The notes beneath the pieces were generated by a model. That model was not told where the DNA came from, ran no database searches, and worked only from the letters and a program-made list of their open reading frames with translations. From assembly GCA_963667175.2 (NCBI GenBank), contig CAXXXF010000004.1, forward strand, positions 160,001 to 224,000: a stretch of DNA of 64,000 nucleotides. Reading direction: 5' to 3'. The translations under genes were made by a program, and so were the position numbers. Shown one piece after another: positions 48,706 to 57,704 of the stretch. How positions within the stretch are numbered: the first letter of the stretch is position 1; each line of letters starts with the position of its first letter. The stretch comes from Candidatus Latescibacterota bacterium (GTDB taxonomy: Bacteria; Latescibacterota; UBA2968; GCA-2709665).

Positions 48706-50439
48706 TCACGTGGGGGCCACCCGCACGGTGACGATATCCATGCCGTGGTATTTCTGGTGCCGGACCGAAGAAGCGTAATGGCGTAACATCCGGAACGACA
48801 ATTCGCTTTCATCCAGGGTTTGCGTCTGTTCGTCGAGATACGCGAGACGATCTCCCAGGTTCTCTTCGTCGAAGACCGCTACGAATTCCATTTCTACGGC
48901 CTCTCCCTCCGCGCGCGCGACGATAATCAGGCGCGGCGCCTCATCCTCATGAGACGGGTTCTCCGGCTCCAGTAGACTCGCCAGCGTCTCCTCGCCCGCG
49001 GACCGCAACCGCCTCGTCGTGGCGGCGTCCCATCCCATCCCGTCTGCAACCTCTCTCAGAAACGCGTCGATACGGGGAAGATCCGAAATGTCCAGCCGGG
49101 CTTCCAGGCGCCGGCGACGCGGACCGGTCAGTTCAAGGAACACGGTCAATGCGATCGCCGCGGCCGTGCCAACCGTTATCCCGTTGCCGAGCAGCACGCC
49201 CCAGGGTCTCCCCAACAGGTCCTCGAGGATGTTGTTGCCTTGCATACCGAGTCCGATGGAGAACGCCAGCCCGACCACGATGGCCTTCCGGGCGTCGAGG
49301 CCCGCACGCGATAGGGTCTGGATCCCCTCCACGAAGAGCATGCCGATGGCAACCAACAGGAACCCCCCCATGACGGGGCTGGGAATCACCAGCAGGAGAC
49401 CCGTTACTTTGGGAAAGAAAGCCAGCACCACGAGAAGGCACCCCACGGCATATCCGGCGCCGCGAGCGGCAACTCCGGTAAGATTGATAAGGGACACGGT
49501 GGACGACGAATAGGAGGTCGTGGGCGGTGTCCCGGCAACGCCCGAAAGCAGAATGCCAACCGCATTGGCATAGGTTGAGCCCTGGATCAGCCGGAAATCC
49601 GTCGCCCGGGTCAGGCGGCGCGATACCTGTTGTACGACCATCCCGTCGCCGATTCCTTTGATCGCCTGTACGAGGGTAACGATAAGAAACATCGCCAGAA
49701 GCGCCCAGAATCCTCCGGTCGGCATCAGAGCCAATCCGGGAAACCCGCTGTGGGGAACGCCTACCCACGGCGCCCCAATCAGCCGATCGAATTCGTAAAG
49801 CCCGAGCGGAGCAGCGGAGGCGCAGCCCGCCGCGATTCCAATTAACAGCGACCAGGGCCGCCAGGCTGCGGATCCCCGCAACATCAATACCGTGGATACC
49901 GCCAGGGTAACGGCCGCCACGGTCGGGCCGGCAGCCGCAGATGCCCCCTCGGGTACCTCTTTCAACCGGTCGAACGCGATGGGAAGGATCATCGCGGCAA
50001 TCAGCATCAGTACCGTGCCGGAAACGACTGGCGTAATGATGCGCCGCAGTTGCGGAAGCCACGTCGCGACAGCGAGGTAGAAGAGTGACGAAAGGACGAT
50101 CAGGCTTGCGAGCGTGGCCGCTCCGCCCGCTTCGATGGCCAGGACCGAGACCGCGATGAAGTTGGGCGAAGCGCCCATGATCAGCACGTGACCGCCGCCT
50201 AGCCGCCCGATCCTCGCCGCCTGCAGCACGGTGGCCAACCCGCTGATAATGAGCGCCGCGAAGACGGCCCACGAAAGGTAACGATCGTCCTGGCCGGCGG
50301 CAACGGCGGTGACGGCCACGATCAGTACCGTCGGCGCAAGCCCGATGATGATTCCCTGTATCCCGACGCCAATCGCCTCAGGGAAACGGCATGGCTCGTC
50401 CGGTTCGTAGCGGATTCTGTCGCTTTTACTGTCTGCCAC
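48706..50439 (-). CDS. NCS2 (xanthine/uracil) permease with a C-terminal HATPase-like (RsbW-fold) domain
   Basis: ISGLATVLQ, LRRIITPVVSG, AFFPKV...IPSPVMGG; soluble tail DLPRIDAFL..GW....RLRSAGEETLASL...SFRMLRHYASSVRHQ. Confidence 0.82.
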   Translation of the reverse strand: MADSKSDRIRYEPDEPCRFPEAIGVGIQGIIIGLAPTVLIVAVTAVAAGQDDRYLSWAVFAALIISGLATVLQAARIGRLGGGHVLIMGASPNFIAVSVLAIEAGGAATLASLIVLSSLFYLAVATWLPQLRRIITPVVSGTVLMLIAAMILPIAFDRLKEVPEGASAAAGPTVAAVTLAVSTVLMLRGSAAWRPWSLLIGIAAGCASAAPLGLYEFDRLIGAPWVGVPHSGFPGLALMPTGGFWALLAMFLIVTLVQAIKGIGDGMVVQQVSRRLTRATDFRLIQGSTYANAVGILLSGVAGTPPTTSYSSSTVSLINLTGVAARGAGYAVGCLLVVLAFFPKVTGLLLVIPSPVMGGFLLVAIGMLFVEGIQTLSRAGLDARKAIVVGLAFSIGLGMQGNNILEDLLGRPWGVLLGNGITVGTAAAIALTVFLELTGPRRRRLEARLDISDLPRIDAFLREVADGMGWDAATTRRLRSAGEETLASLLEPENPSHEDEAPRLIIVARAEGEAVEMEFVAVFDEENLGDRLAYLDEQTQTLDESELSFRMLRHYASSVRHQKYHGMDIVTVRVAPT

Positions 50440-50778
50440 TCAGAGGTATCTCCGGCTTAATCTTCGGGCGCAATTCCCGCAATGCCTGGCGCCGCGCTTG
50501 CGAGCGATCGTGCTCGTCAAGAATATTGAAATCTCGTGAACAAATCAACCGGCGATCGTGTCCTTCCCGAAAACGCAAAAGCCCTTTTGGTATTCCGTAC
50601 GGGACGCCGGCGCGGCGACCGCTTATGCGTTCGTGTTCCACGCTTGATCCGGAATAAAAAAGGGCTTCTTCGAATGCAAAGACAGCTTTTCGCCACCTCG
50701 GGACTCAACGCCCCCGGGTGGTGGATGTATCAAGGCTCCCCGATCGGTTCCTCACATCCTGCGAGATCGGAAACGAGC

Positions 50779-51063
50779 TTATTGACGCTTGTCGACGACC
50801 TCACCGAGCTTCTCTTCGGCAAGGTTGAACATCCCCTCCAGGTACTGCTTGCGCAACAGGTTCAACTCCGCAACCCGCTGCCACAGGACCTCCTCAATCG
50901 AGGCGACTGCTTCCTTGCGCACCTCGGAGGGGAGAGTATCGTCGATTTGGAACTCGTACTTCTCAATCGTAAATTCAGCGATATCCGATATGTTATCGCC
51001 AATGATTTCCATATCGACAGCGCTTCTCATCGATCCGATTTTTTCCTCATCCGTGTTCATCAT
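50779..51063 (-). CDS. Small acidic helical hypothetical protein
   Basis: GGAG RBS, coherent 94-aa ORF downstream of the STAS gene. Confidence 0.7.
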   Translation of the reverse strand: MMNTDEEKIGSMRSAVDMEIIGDNISDIAEFTIEKYEFQIDDTLPSEVRKEAVASIEEVLWQRVAELNLLRKQYLEGMFNLAEEKLGEVVDKRQ

Positions 51064-51129
51064 GGCAACTCCGATATGGTTGGCCGGTCGGCTGTTCCGC
51101 GGCAGAATGGAAAATCTGCAAGCAACAAC

Positions 51130-51495
51130 TCAACTGCTACCGTACGCTGCTATGGCCTCGGTCTGTGACTCGTAAATGTCGATGATTTGATCGAAACCGC
51201 TCATGGTGATCACTTTACGGACCCGTTCCGTAAGTGCGCAGACCCCGAACTGCTTGCCCGGGTCCTTGAATTTCCGGGAAATGATGATTCCGAGGCGAAG
51301 CCCCGCGCTGCTGATATAGGATACCTGTTCGAAGTCCAGAAGCAATGCGTTGTCTTCCGGGCCGATTCCGGACTCGATGACACGCTGAACTTCCTGCGCA
51401 TTGCTGCCGTCGATACGACCCGCCAGGATCGCGATCAGGATTCCGTCTTTCCGATCCCATTTGACATCCACGTCCATCTGAACCCGCCTCCGCAC
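51130..51495 (-). CDS. STAS-domain anti-sigma-factor antagonist
   Basis: LAGRIDGSNA, LDFEQVSYISSAGLR, SGFDQII. The start may be at 51477. Confidence 0.93.
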   Translation of the reverse strand: MRRRVQMDVDVKWDRKDGILIAILAGRIDGSNAQEVQRVIESGIGPEDNALLLDFEQVSYISSAGLRLGIIISRKFKDPGKQFGVCALTERVRKVITMSGFDQIIDIYESQTEAIAAYGSS

Positions 51496-51734
51496 AGTGG
51501 CATCAATTCAATCTCGCGAATGTCAAATGAGTGACCCCGGTATCTATTAATTATTATAAGGAAAATGGACGGTTTAACAAGCCCGCGAACCGGAAAACCG
51601 CGTGAAACAGCCCGGATGGACTTTATCAACGGGCTGTCAGGGTTGGGTGCTCTGATTCAGAAATCGGGCAATTCGTTCCCGGTTAGCGGTAAGGCTTGTT
51701 AACGCCCTGGCTTCCCGCCTGAGACTTGCTTATA

Positions 51735-52403
51735 TCACGCTGCAGTGAACGCCAAGAATGCGTGATGTAATGCTATCGGTGAAGCTCCCTTGCGCGGATG
51801 GCAACTTCCCCACGCCCACGACTCGAGGATTAAGTCTGACGGTTTCAAGTTCTCATTGGTACGTGATTTGCGGTTCAATATCCTGTTAATGCCGGTGACC
51901 GCCACGTGCTCGTCGCCAGCGAGCAGGTACCCGACCATGAACCCCGTGGAGTGATTGCCGGAGTACTTGCCGGTCCGGAAGCGGTCGATGCCTTCAGCGA
52001 CGTACTCACGGCAGAGGTAGCCGCTGTTGCCGTCGATACGCTTGCATTCAATAATCGCGTGGGGATCGTGTTCGCCGAATCGCAGAAAAATCTCGATTGA
52101 TAGAATCGGGATGTCGGTTCTGCCATCCGGCACAAGCATATCAGGACGGGACCGGGATTCAGTTCCGGGTAGTACAGCCATTTTCTTGCCCCACCGCATC
52201 CCTTTGAGTCCCAGAGCTCGTCGCATTCCATCCCGTAGCCGTTCCGTGATTTCGACTTCGCCGGCTTTCGCATTGACGTCCCGCGACTGTGACGCAAACT
52301 CCCAGCCGACTTCAACCGTTCGCAAGATCGCCGTGGCAATATCAGGTCCGAGATTGATAAACCGGCGGCCGGCCGTCGTTGTAACATCAAACGGCAACTT
52401 CAT
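51735..52403 (-). CDS. Putative PD-(D/E)xK nuclease coupled to the MTase
   Basis: EVEIT...PGTE...GRTDI...IIECKRI, YVAEGIDRF. Start overlaps the MTase stop. Confidence 0.65.
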   Translation of the reverse strand: MKLPFDVTTTAGRRFINLGPDIATAILRTVEVGWEFASQSRDVNAKAGEVEITERLRDGMRRALGLKGMRWGKKMAVLPGTESRSRPDMLVPDGRTDIPILSIEIFLRFGEHDPHAIIECKRIDGNSGYLCREYVAEGIDRFRTGKYSGNHSTGFMVGYLLAGDEHVAVTGINRILNRKSRTNENLKPSDLILESWAWGSCHPRKGASPIALHHAFLAFTAA

Positions 52404-55345
52404 TCGGCGATCCCAGAGAAGCTCTCGACGATGACCGAGTCCGCGTCTTCCAATGCCGACACGCCCATCCAGTGTCGAAGGGCGGCAGGCTTAATGATCA
52501 CAACCTCATTGTGGCCATGCACCCGAAGTTCGCGCTGACCAATCAGAGAGTTTGCAAGCGGGACCTCCAGGCGTTCGCCGATCCTGTCAAGAACATCCCT
52601 CAAGTTTCCGTCTGGTGCTACGACATCCAACCGAGAAGGTCTCGTAATGCGGGAGCGCTCATCAAGAACGAAGCGAACGACTCGAAGTGGCGCACGTTCG
52701 GGAAGTTCGAAGACTTCCGCGCGCATACAGCGTTGATTCGCTGCTGAAAGCCAGGCCTCCACCACCGTTTGAAACGTACGTGCATAGACAGAAATGTCAC
52801 GAACTTCGGCGGCTTTCACTGAAGCATTCCTGCCAGCCTGCCAATGCCAACTGGCACGGAACAGACCGTCACGCGCAACAATGCTATCAGTCTCGTCCAA
52901 CCCGTACAGCTCGAATACAGCCTCATCGAGCAATTCCCACTCCGCGGGGGACGGGGAACCATCTTGAAATTTCTGCGCAAGCTCCGTCAACCGAACGCCA
53001 ACGTTGGAATATAGGGCCTTTTCAAGATCGGGAATCGGCATGCGTTCGATATCCCGGCACTTGATCCTTCGCATCCACAATCCAAAAGAGGAAGCGGTCA
53101 TTAGAAAGAACCAAGACGCCAGCGACGAACTAAGAATTGCAGCGAGCAGGTGGGCGGTTTTTTCCCCGGCGAATGGTAGCGCTGCGCCAAAGAATGAGTC
53201 GGTGAAGACAATATCTCTACCTGCAACTGCAACAACAGGGCGAGGGGCTCCTATCATGAACTCTTTAATAAGCAACAGAGGTGCGCGATAAATATCGCGA
53301 TTGCGCGGCCATTGCGCAGTTGCACTGTCAAAGGATGCCAAATCCTTCGGGACAGAGAATTGTCGAAGGTCCTTGACGGTCAAGAGTGGGAGTCCCCGAA
53401 GAAACCGGCAGTCGCGGCTTCGATTCCCAACAGTAAGCCCCGTGTGTAGCCCTGTATCGAACTTGGTGAGTTGTCGATCAAATGTCGGATAACTTTCTCT
53501 CAGCCTGTTCAACAACGACAGATCCCTCCGAAAACCAACAAACGCGGCCTTTAGAATCTCTGGTGTTCGCTTCCAATCACTCATTTGAAGCGTTATGATA
53601 TCACTACGTGCGATCTCGAATGTATGGCTTTTTGCTCCTGCGGGCGACCACGGCACTTGAACAGCGGTAATCGTGTCTCGTCGCAATTTACGGTGCCTTG
53701 CGAAAAGTACAACTGCTGGCATTCTGCTTTTTGGAAACAGCCAATCAGCGTGATTCGACAGATTAACCAGCGTCACTGATGATAGTTTTTCGACTAGTTG
53801 AAGCGAAGCAGCTACTCCCGTCGTACTCTGACTGAAGAATTGGACAGCACTCAGAATCAGACCAAATCGGGTTTTCTCGGAGGCAAAATCCATTGCTCGA
53901 TGTACGAAGTCCAGACTTTCCCCACGAGGCGCGAGTGCATTCCTCGGGCTACTTCGGAGACGGCGTCCCGCGGTGCCAGATTCGCCTCGATAGCTCCAGG
54001 GCGGATTTCCAACGATGACGTCGAATTTCTTCGGTACACCCCGTTCTGTCATCGCAAGCCGTCCGGAAGGCGTAGTTTCGACGTGGTATGCGTCGGCGAC
54101 GATTAACGTCTTGCCGATGAGCGGTTCGAACTTCAAAGCATTTGGTGGCTGTGGGTCTGGATCAAGCTCCAACGCCGCCAAGTAAAGACTGAACGCAGCA
54201 ACACGCACCGCGGATTCGTTCACGTCGACGCCGTAGATCTGTTGATGCAATATGGAACGGACTAATTCGCGACTTCGGTCGCCGCCATTCGATTGGAGAT
54301 CTACTAGCCTCCGAAGGGATTCGACTAGGAAGACGCCCGAACCACAAGTCAGGTCGATCACGGTTTCCTTTCCCGTGAGTCCTTCCATGACCTCGTCCAG
54401 AACCAAGGAAACAAGCGGTAGCCGCGTATAGAAAATATCGAATCCGGTATTGCTGTAGGGCGTCGATGGATCAGAGTGCGCGAACTGCTCGTAGATGGAA
54501 CTGATTAATTCTACCGGTATCACGTCGAACTGGTAAGGGAAAAGCGTGGTTTGTCCCGACTCCGGGTCCACGGCTTCGAGGAAGTCCGCGATTCTACAGA
54601 GATGCCTAAGTCCTGGCGCGATTGACTGCTCCAACGGAAACATGTCGCCGTTGAATATCTCTCGAAGCCAGTCGAACAACTGCTCTGTGGCAGCGGGGAC
54701 ACGCAGGATTTCGGGTAGGGTGCCGTGGCCATAATCACGTTCGAGGATTTGCTCCGTTACGATCTTCCGATCAATAAGGTACTGCGTGAATATCGACCTG
54801 CCAATCAGACCCTGTGCGCTCGAATAGTCTAGCCCTGCATCCACGAGGTCTTGTTCAAGCGCGGCAAGATCGGAAAGAAGCTGTTGATCCACGCTCGTTT
54901 TGCGATCCACAGCGCCCGCCTGTTGCCAGAACTGCCCCGTTTCCATAACTAGGCGGCCGGCGAAGGCATCGAGTCTGTCCAACTCACTAGCGATCAGTTC
55001 GAATGTATCCAACAGGTACGCCGCAGCATCCTCGGTCTCTCGGGGACGACCGAAACCGTTGTATAGATCTATTCTTTGCGGTGAAACCACCCATAACAAC
55101 GGGGCGAAACCCTGGTTCCAGATCTCCTGACGCCACCGTTCCACCTGTTCATTAGATGGGTCTTCCTGTTCAAGCTTGAAGTAGACGGTGAGCGCTGAGT
55201 CGCTGCACCATAAGGCATCAGGTTCAAACTCCCGGGCCTGGCACCTGGTACGGGCGTCGTCCTCCAGGTAAACGCCATGTGCTGGTTCACCATTCTCCAG
55301 ATAGCCAGTGGCTTCAAGCACCTGCCTTAAGGATTGAGCGATCAT
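52400..55345 (-). CDS. Large N6-adenine DNA methyltransferase (type IIG/HsdM-like)
   Basis: IPVELISSIYEQF, FYT, DLTCGSGVFL (motif I), GNPPW (motif IV), C-terminal TRD-like region. Confidence 0.9.
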   Translation of the reverse strand: MIAQSLRQVLEATGYLENGEPAHGVYLEDDARTRCQAREFEPDALWCSDSALTVYFKLEQEDPSNEQVERWRQEIWNQGFAPLLWVVSPQRIDLYNGFGRPRETEDAAAYLLDTFELIASELDRLDAFAGRLVMETGQFWQQAGAVDRKTSVDQQLLSDLAALEQDLVDAGLDYSSAQGLIGRSIFTQYLIDRKIVTEQILERDYGHGTLPEILRVPAATEQLFDWLREIFNGDMFPLEQSIAPGLRHLCRIADFLEAVDPESGQTTLFPYQFDVIPVELISSIYEQFAHSDPSTPYSNTGFDIFYTRLPLVSLVLDEVMEGLTGKETVIDLTCGSGVFLVESLRRLVDLQSNGGDRSRELVRSILHQQIYGVDVNESAVRVAAFSLYLAALELDPDPQPPNALKFEPLIGKTLIVADAYHVETTPSGRLAMTERGVPKKFDVIVGNPPWSYRGESGTAGRRLRSSPRNALAPRGESLDFVHRAMDFASEKTRFGLILSAVQFFSQSTTGVAASLQLVEKLSSVTLVNLSNHADWLFPKSRMPAVVLFARHRKLRRDTITAVQVPWSPAGAKSHTFEIARSDIITLQMSDWKRTPEILKAAFVGFRRDLSLLNRLRESYPTFDRQLTKFDTGLHTGLTVGNRSRDCRFLRGLPLLTVKDLRQFSVPKDLASFDSATAQWPRNRDIYRAPLLLIKEFMIGAPRPVVAVAGRDIVFTDSFFGAALPFAGEKTAHLLAAILSSSLASWFFLMTASSFGLWMRRIKCRDIERMPIPDLEKALYSNVGVRLTELAQKFQDGSPSPAEWELLDEAVFELYGLDETDSIVARDGLFRASWHWQAGRNASVKAAEVRDISVYARTFQTVVEAWLSAANQRCMRAEVFELPERAPLRVVRFVLDERSRITRPSRLDVVAPDGNLRDVLDRIGERLEVPLANSLIGQRELRVHGHNEVVIIKPAALRHWMGVSALEDADSVIVESFSGIAE

Positions 55346-55523
55346 CTCCGTTACCTCGCAGAAACAAAAACCCCATTGAGACGGTGTTTTCCATATTATA
55401 GCCACAATGGGGTTGACGTTCAACAAAATCCGCAATTATAGCGTCTTTACGTCAGATTCGGAACATTACACCGCCGACTAAAATGCGGTAAGGAATGACG
55501 TTAGACGCCAATTCCGGGTGCGA

Positions 55524-55778
55524 TTAATCAGGATCATCACCGCCTATCCGATCGATTGGGATTGGCTCGCGGGAAGGTATGTTCAGTTCCACGCCACCCA
55601 TTGGCGCGAATCGATCATGTATAGCGCTTGCGAGATTGGCAGGTGGCGGGTATACGGTTAGCGCTGCACGCAGAATCGCCCGCGCTTCCTCCTCAATGGA
55701 ATGGCCATGCTCGGCCGCCCGCATGCGGAGACGCTGCGCTAAATCATCGCCGATGTCTTGTATCTTTATACTGCCCAT
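55524..55778 (-). CDS. FitA/StbC-like ribbon-helix-helix antitoxin (orphan)
   Basis: MGSIKIQDIGDDLAQRLRMRAAEHGHSIEEEARAILRAAL...IHDRFAPMGGVEL. Confidence 0.85.
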   Translation of the reverse strand: MGSIKIQDIGDDLAQRLRMRAAEHGHSIEEEARAILRAALTVYPPPANLASAIHDRFAPMGGVELNIPSREPIPIDRIGGDDPD

Positions 55779-55945
55779 CTTCTCTATCTCCGATTCATAG
55801 TAAATTCGCATTTCCGCCCGAATGTGTGTGCGGTTCCATTTGCGCGGCAACGCCCGAAGCTACCCCGCCGTCAACTCGTGACTTACTTCCCCCTGCACAA
55901 TTCGGCAGTTGACAGCGCACCTGGAGCCCTTAGCCTTGATCTCAT

Positions 55946-56695
55946 TCAATATCGCCCGTGCTCATTTCCCGATGGCGAGCGGTTGAGTTCTTCCCGATGA
56001 TAGCGCCAGGTTGGCATGAACCTGTCCATCAGTTTCCAAAAACGATCGTTGTGACGGCGCTCGATCAGGTGGACCATCTCATGCACAACGACGTACTCAA
56101 GGCAGGATGCCGGTTTCTTTGCCAGCTCGAGACTCAGCCAGATTCGGCGGGCCTGGGGATTGCAAGTCCCCCAACGGGTCTTCATCTTTCTGATCCGCGC
56201 TTCGTTGACCCGCACCCCCATTTCGGGCTCCCATTTTGCAATGATCCCCGGAAGCAAATCACGGAGTTGGCGTCGATACCATCGATCCAGTACGGCCTCC
56301 CTATTATGCCTGTCTGCGCCCGGCCGAACGCGCATCGCTATGGTCGTATTGTTAAGGAGGCGGACCTCAGGCGGGGTGTCCCGTTCCGTCACCTCGAGCC
56401 GGTAGCGTCGGCCCTCGAAAAAATGACTCTCGCCCGTTATGAATTCCCGCTCGGACTGGCGGTATTGCCGCTGAAATCTCGCCTCCTGCAGACGAATCCA
56501 TTCAAGACGGGAAGTGACGGCAACTCGCACGTCGTCTTTATCGAGACGACGCGGCGCGGACACCCTTACGCGACCGTTCGGCGGGTAGACTCTTATGTAC
56601 AGGTTCTTGACGTCCTTGTGCACGACGTCCACTGCGGTTCCTCGTACCTCAATGGTGTAATTTTTCAGCCTATTCTTCACTTTCCACCGTCGCAA
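55946..56695 (-). CDS. YgjP/DUF45 (M48-like) metal hydrolase, copy 2
   Basis: MKTRWGTC, YVVVHEMVHL, HNDRFW. Confidence 0.9.
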   Translation of the reverse strand: MRRWKVKNRLKNYTIEVRGTAVDVVHKDVKNLYIRVYPPNGRVRVSAPRRLDKDDVRVAVTSRLEWIRLQEARFQRQYRQSEREFITGESHFFEGRRYRLEVTERDTPPEVRLLNNTTIAMRVRPGADRHNREAVLDRWYRRQLRDLLPGIIAKWEPEMGVRVNEARIRKMKTRWGTCNPQARRIWLSLELAKKPASCLEYVVVHEMVHLIERRHNDRFWKLMDRFMPTWRYHREELNRSPSGNEHGRY

Positions 56696-56785
56696 TCTCG
56701 ACTGAATCGGCGCACGAGGTTCTCATTGTTACCAGATTGGGACTTGATAGCATTGCGGACTTTCAGTCCCCGCCGCCACCGGACG
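56677..56785 (-). pseudogene. Degenerate duplicate of the hsdR 3' end
   Basis: VRNAIKSQSGNNENLVRR compared with VRNAIRSQLGDNEGLVYR at the end of hsdR. Confidence 0.7.
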
Positions 56786-56969
56786 AACTATCCCTGACAC
56801 AGCTCGGCGACCATCGCCGCATTCTCGCCAAGCTGATCGCCGAATTTCTGGTACATCCCCACCAGAAGAATATCGATGGGTTTGATATTATCGAGCGTAA
56901 AGTCAAACTCTGTGCGAATTCAACTTTTGGAGCTGACAGCGCGCTTGGGGCCTCAATCCTTTATTTCGT

Positions 56970-57704
56970 TCAATACTGCCAGTCCGCATGCGCCAGTGGC
57001 GATCGATTGAGTTCGTCCCGATGATAGCGCCAAGTTGGCATGAACCTGTCCATCAGCGACCGAAAACGATCGTTGTGACGACGCTCAATCAAGTGAACCA
57101 TTTCATGGAGAACGACAAAGTCTAGGCAGGATGACGGTTTCTTTGCCAACTCGAGATTCAGCCAGATTCGGCGGGCATCCGGGTTGCAGGTACCCCATCG
57201 AGTCTTCATCTTTCTGATACGAGCTTCATTGACGTGCACACCCAATTCAGGCTCCCACTTCGCGATGAGACCCGGTAGACGATCTCGGAGTTGCTGGCGG
57301 TACCATCGATCCATCACGGCTTCTCTGGTATTCCGGTCGGCCCTCGGTCGTACGCACATTCCCATTGTCGTGTTATTGATGAGACAAACCGAAGGTTGTC
57401 CGTCACATTCCGTAACATCGAGTCGGTAGCGCCTTCCCTCGAAGTAATGGCTTTCACCAGTGACGAATTCCCGTTGGGACTGCCGATTTTGCTTCTCGAA
57501 TTTCGACTGATGGCGACGAATCCATCCCAGCCGAGAAACAACAGCCATCCGCACCGCGTCATCATCAAGACTGAGCGGAGCGGCCACTCTAACCCTGCCG
57601 TTCGGTGGGTAGACCCCAATATGGAGGTTCTTGATGTCCTTGTGGACCACATCGACCGCAGTCCCTTGTACATCAATGCTGTAAGTTTTCCACTCAGTAT
57701 TCAC
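56970..57704 (-). CDS. YgjP/DUF45 (M48-like) metal hydrolase, copy 1
   Basis: Same motifs (HEMVH). Overlaps the hsdR stop, the usual position in type I RM loci. Confidence 0.92.
   Translation of the reverse strand: MNTEWKTYSIDVQGTAVDVVHKDIKNLHIGVYPPNGRVRVAAPLSLDDDAVRMAVVSRLGWIRRHQSKFEKQNRQSQREFVTGESHYFEGRRYRLDVTECDGQPSVCLINNTTMGMCVRPRADRNTREAVMDRWYRQQLRDRLPGLIAKWEPELGVHVNEARIRKMKTRWGTCNPDARRIWLNLELAKKPSSCLDFVVLHEMVHLIERRHNDRFRSLMDRFMPTWRYHRDELNRSPLAHADWQY

Noticed and set aside
50426-50760. Small ORFs between the acidic protein and the permease
   Set aside because: No RBS or recognisable motif. Possibly decayed sequence.
51560-51720. Possible IS/MITE end (GACTTTATCAACGGGCTG) at the defence-island border
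   Set aside because: No matching second end or transposase could be identified with confidence.
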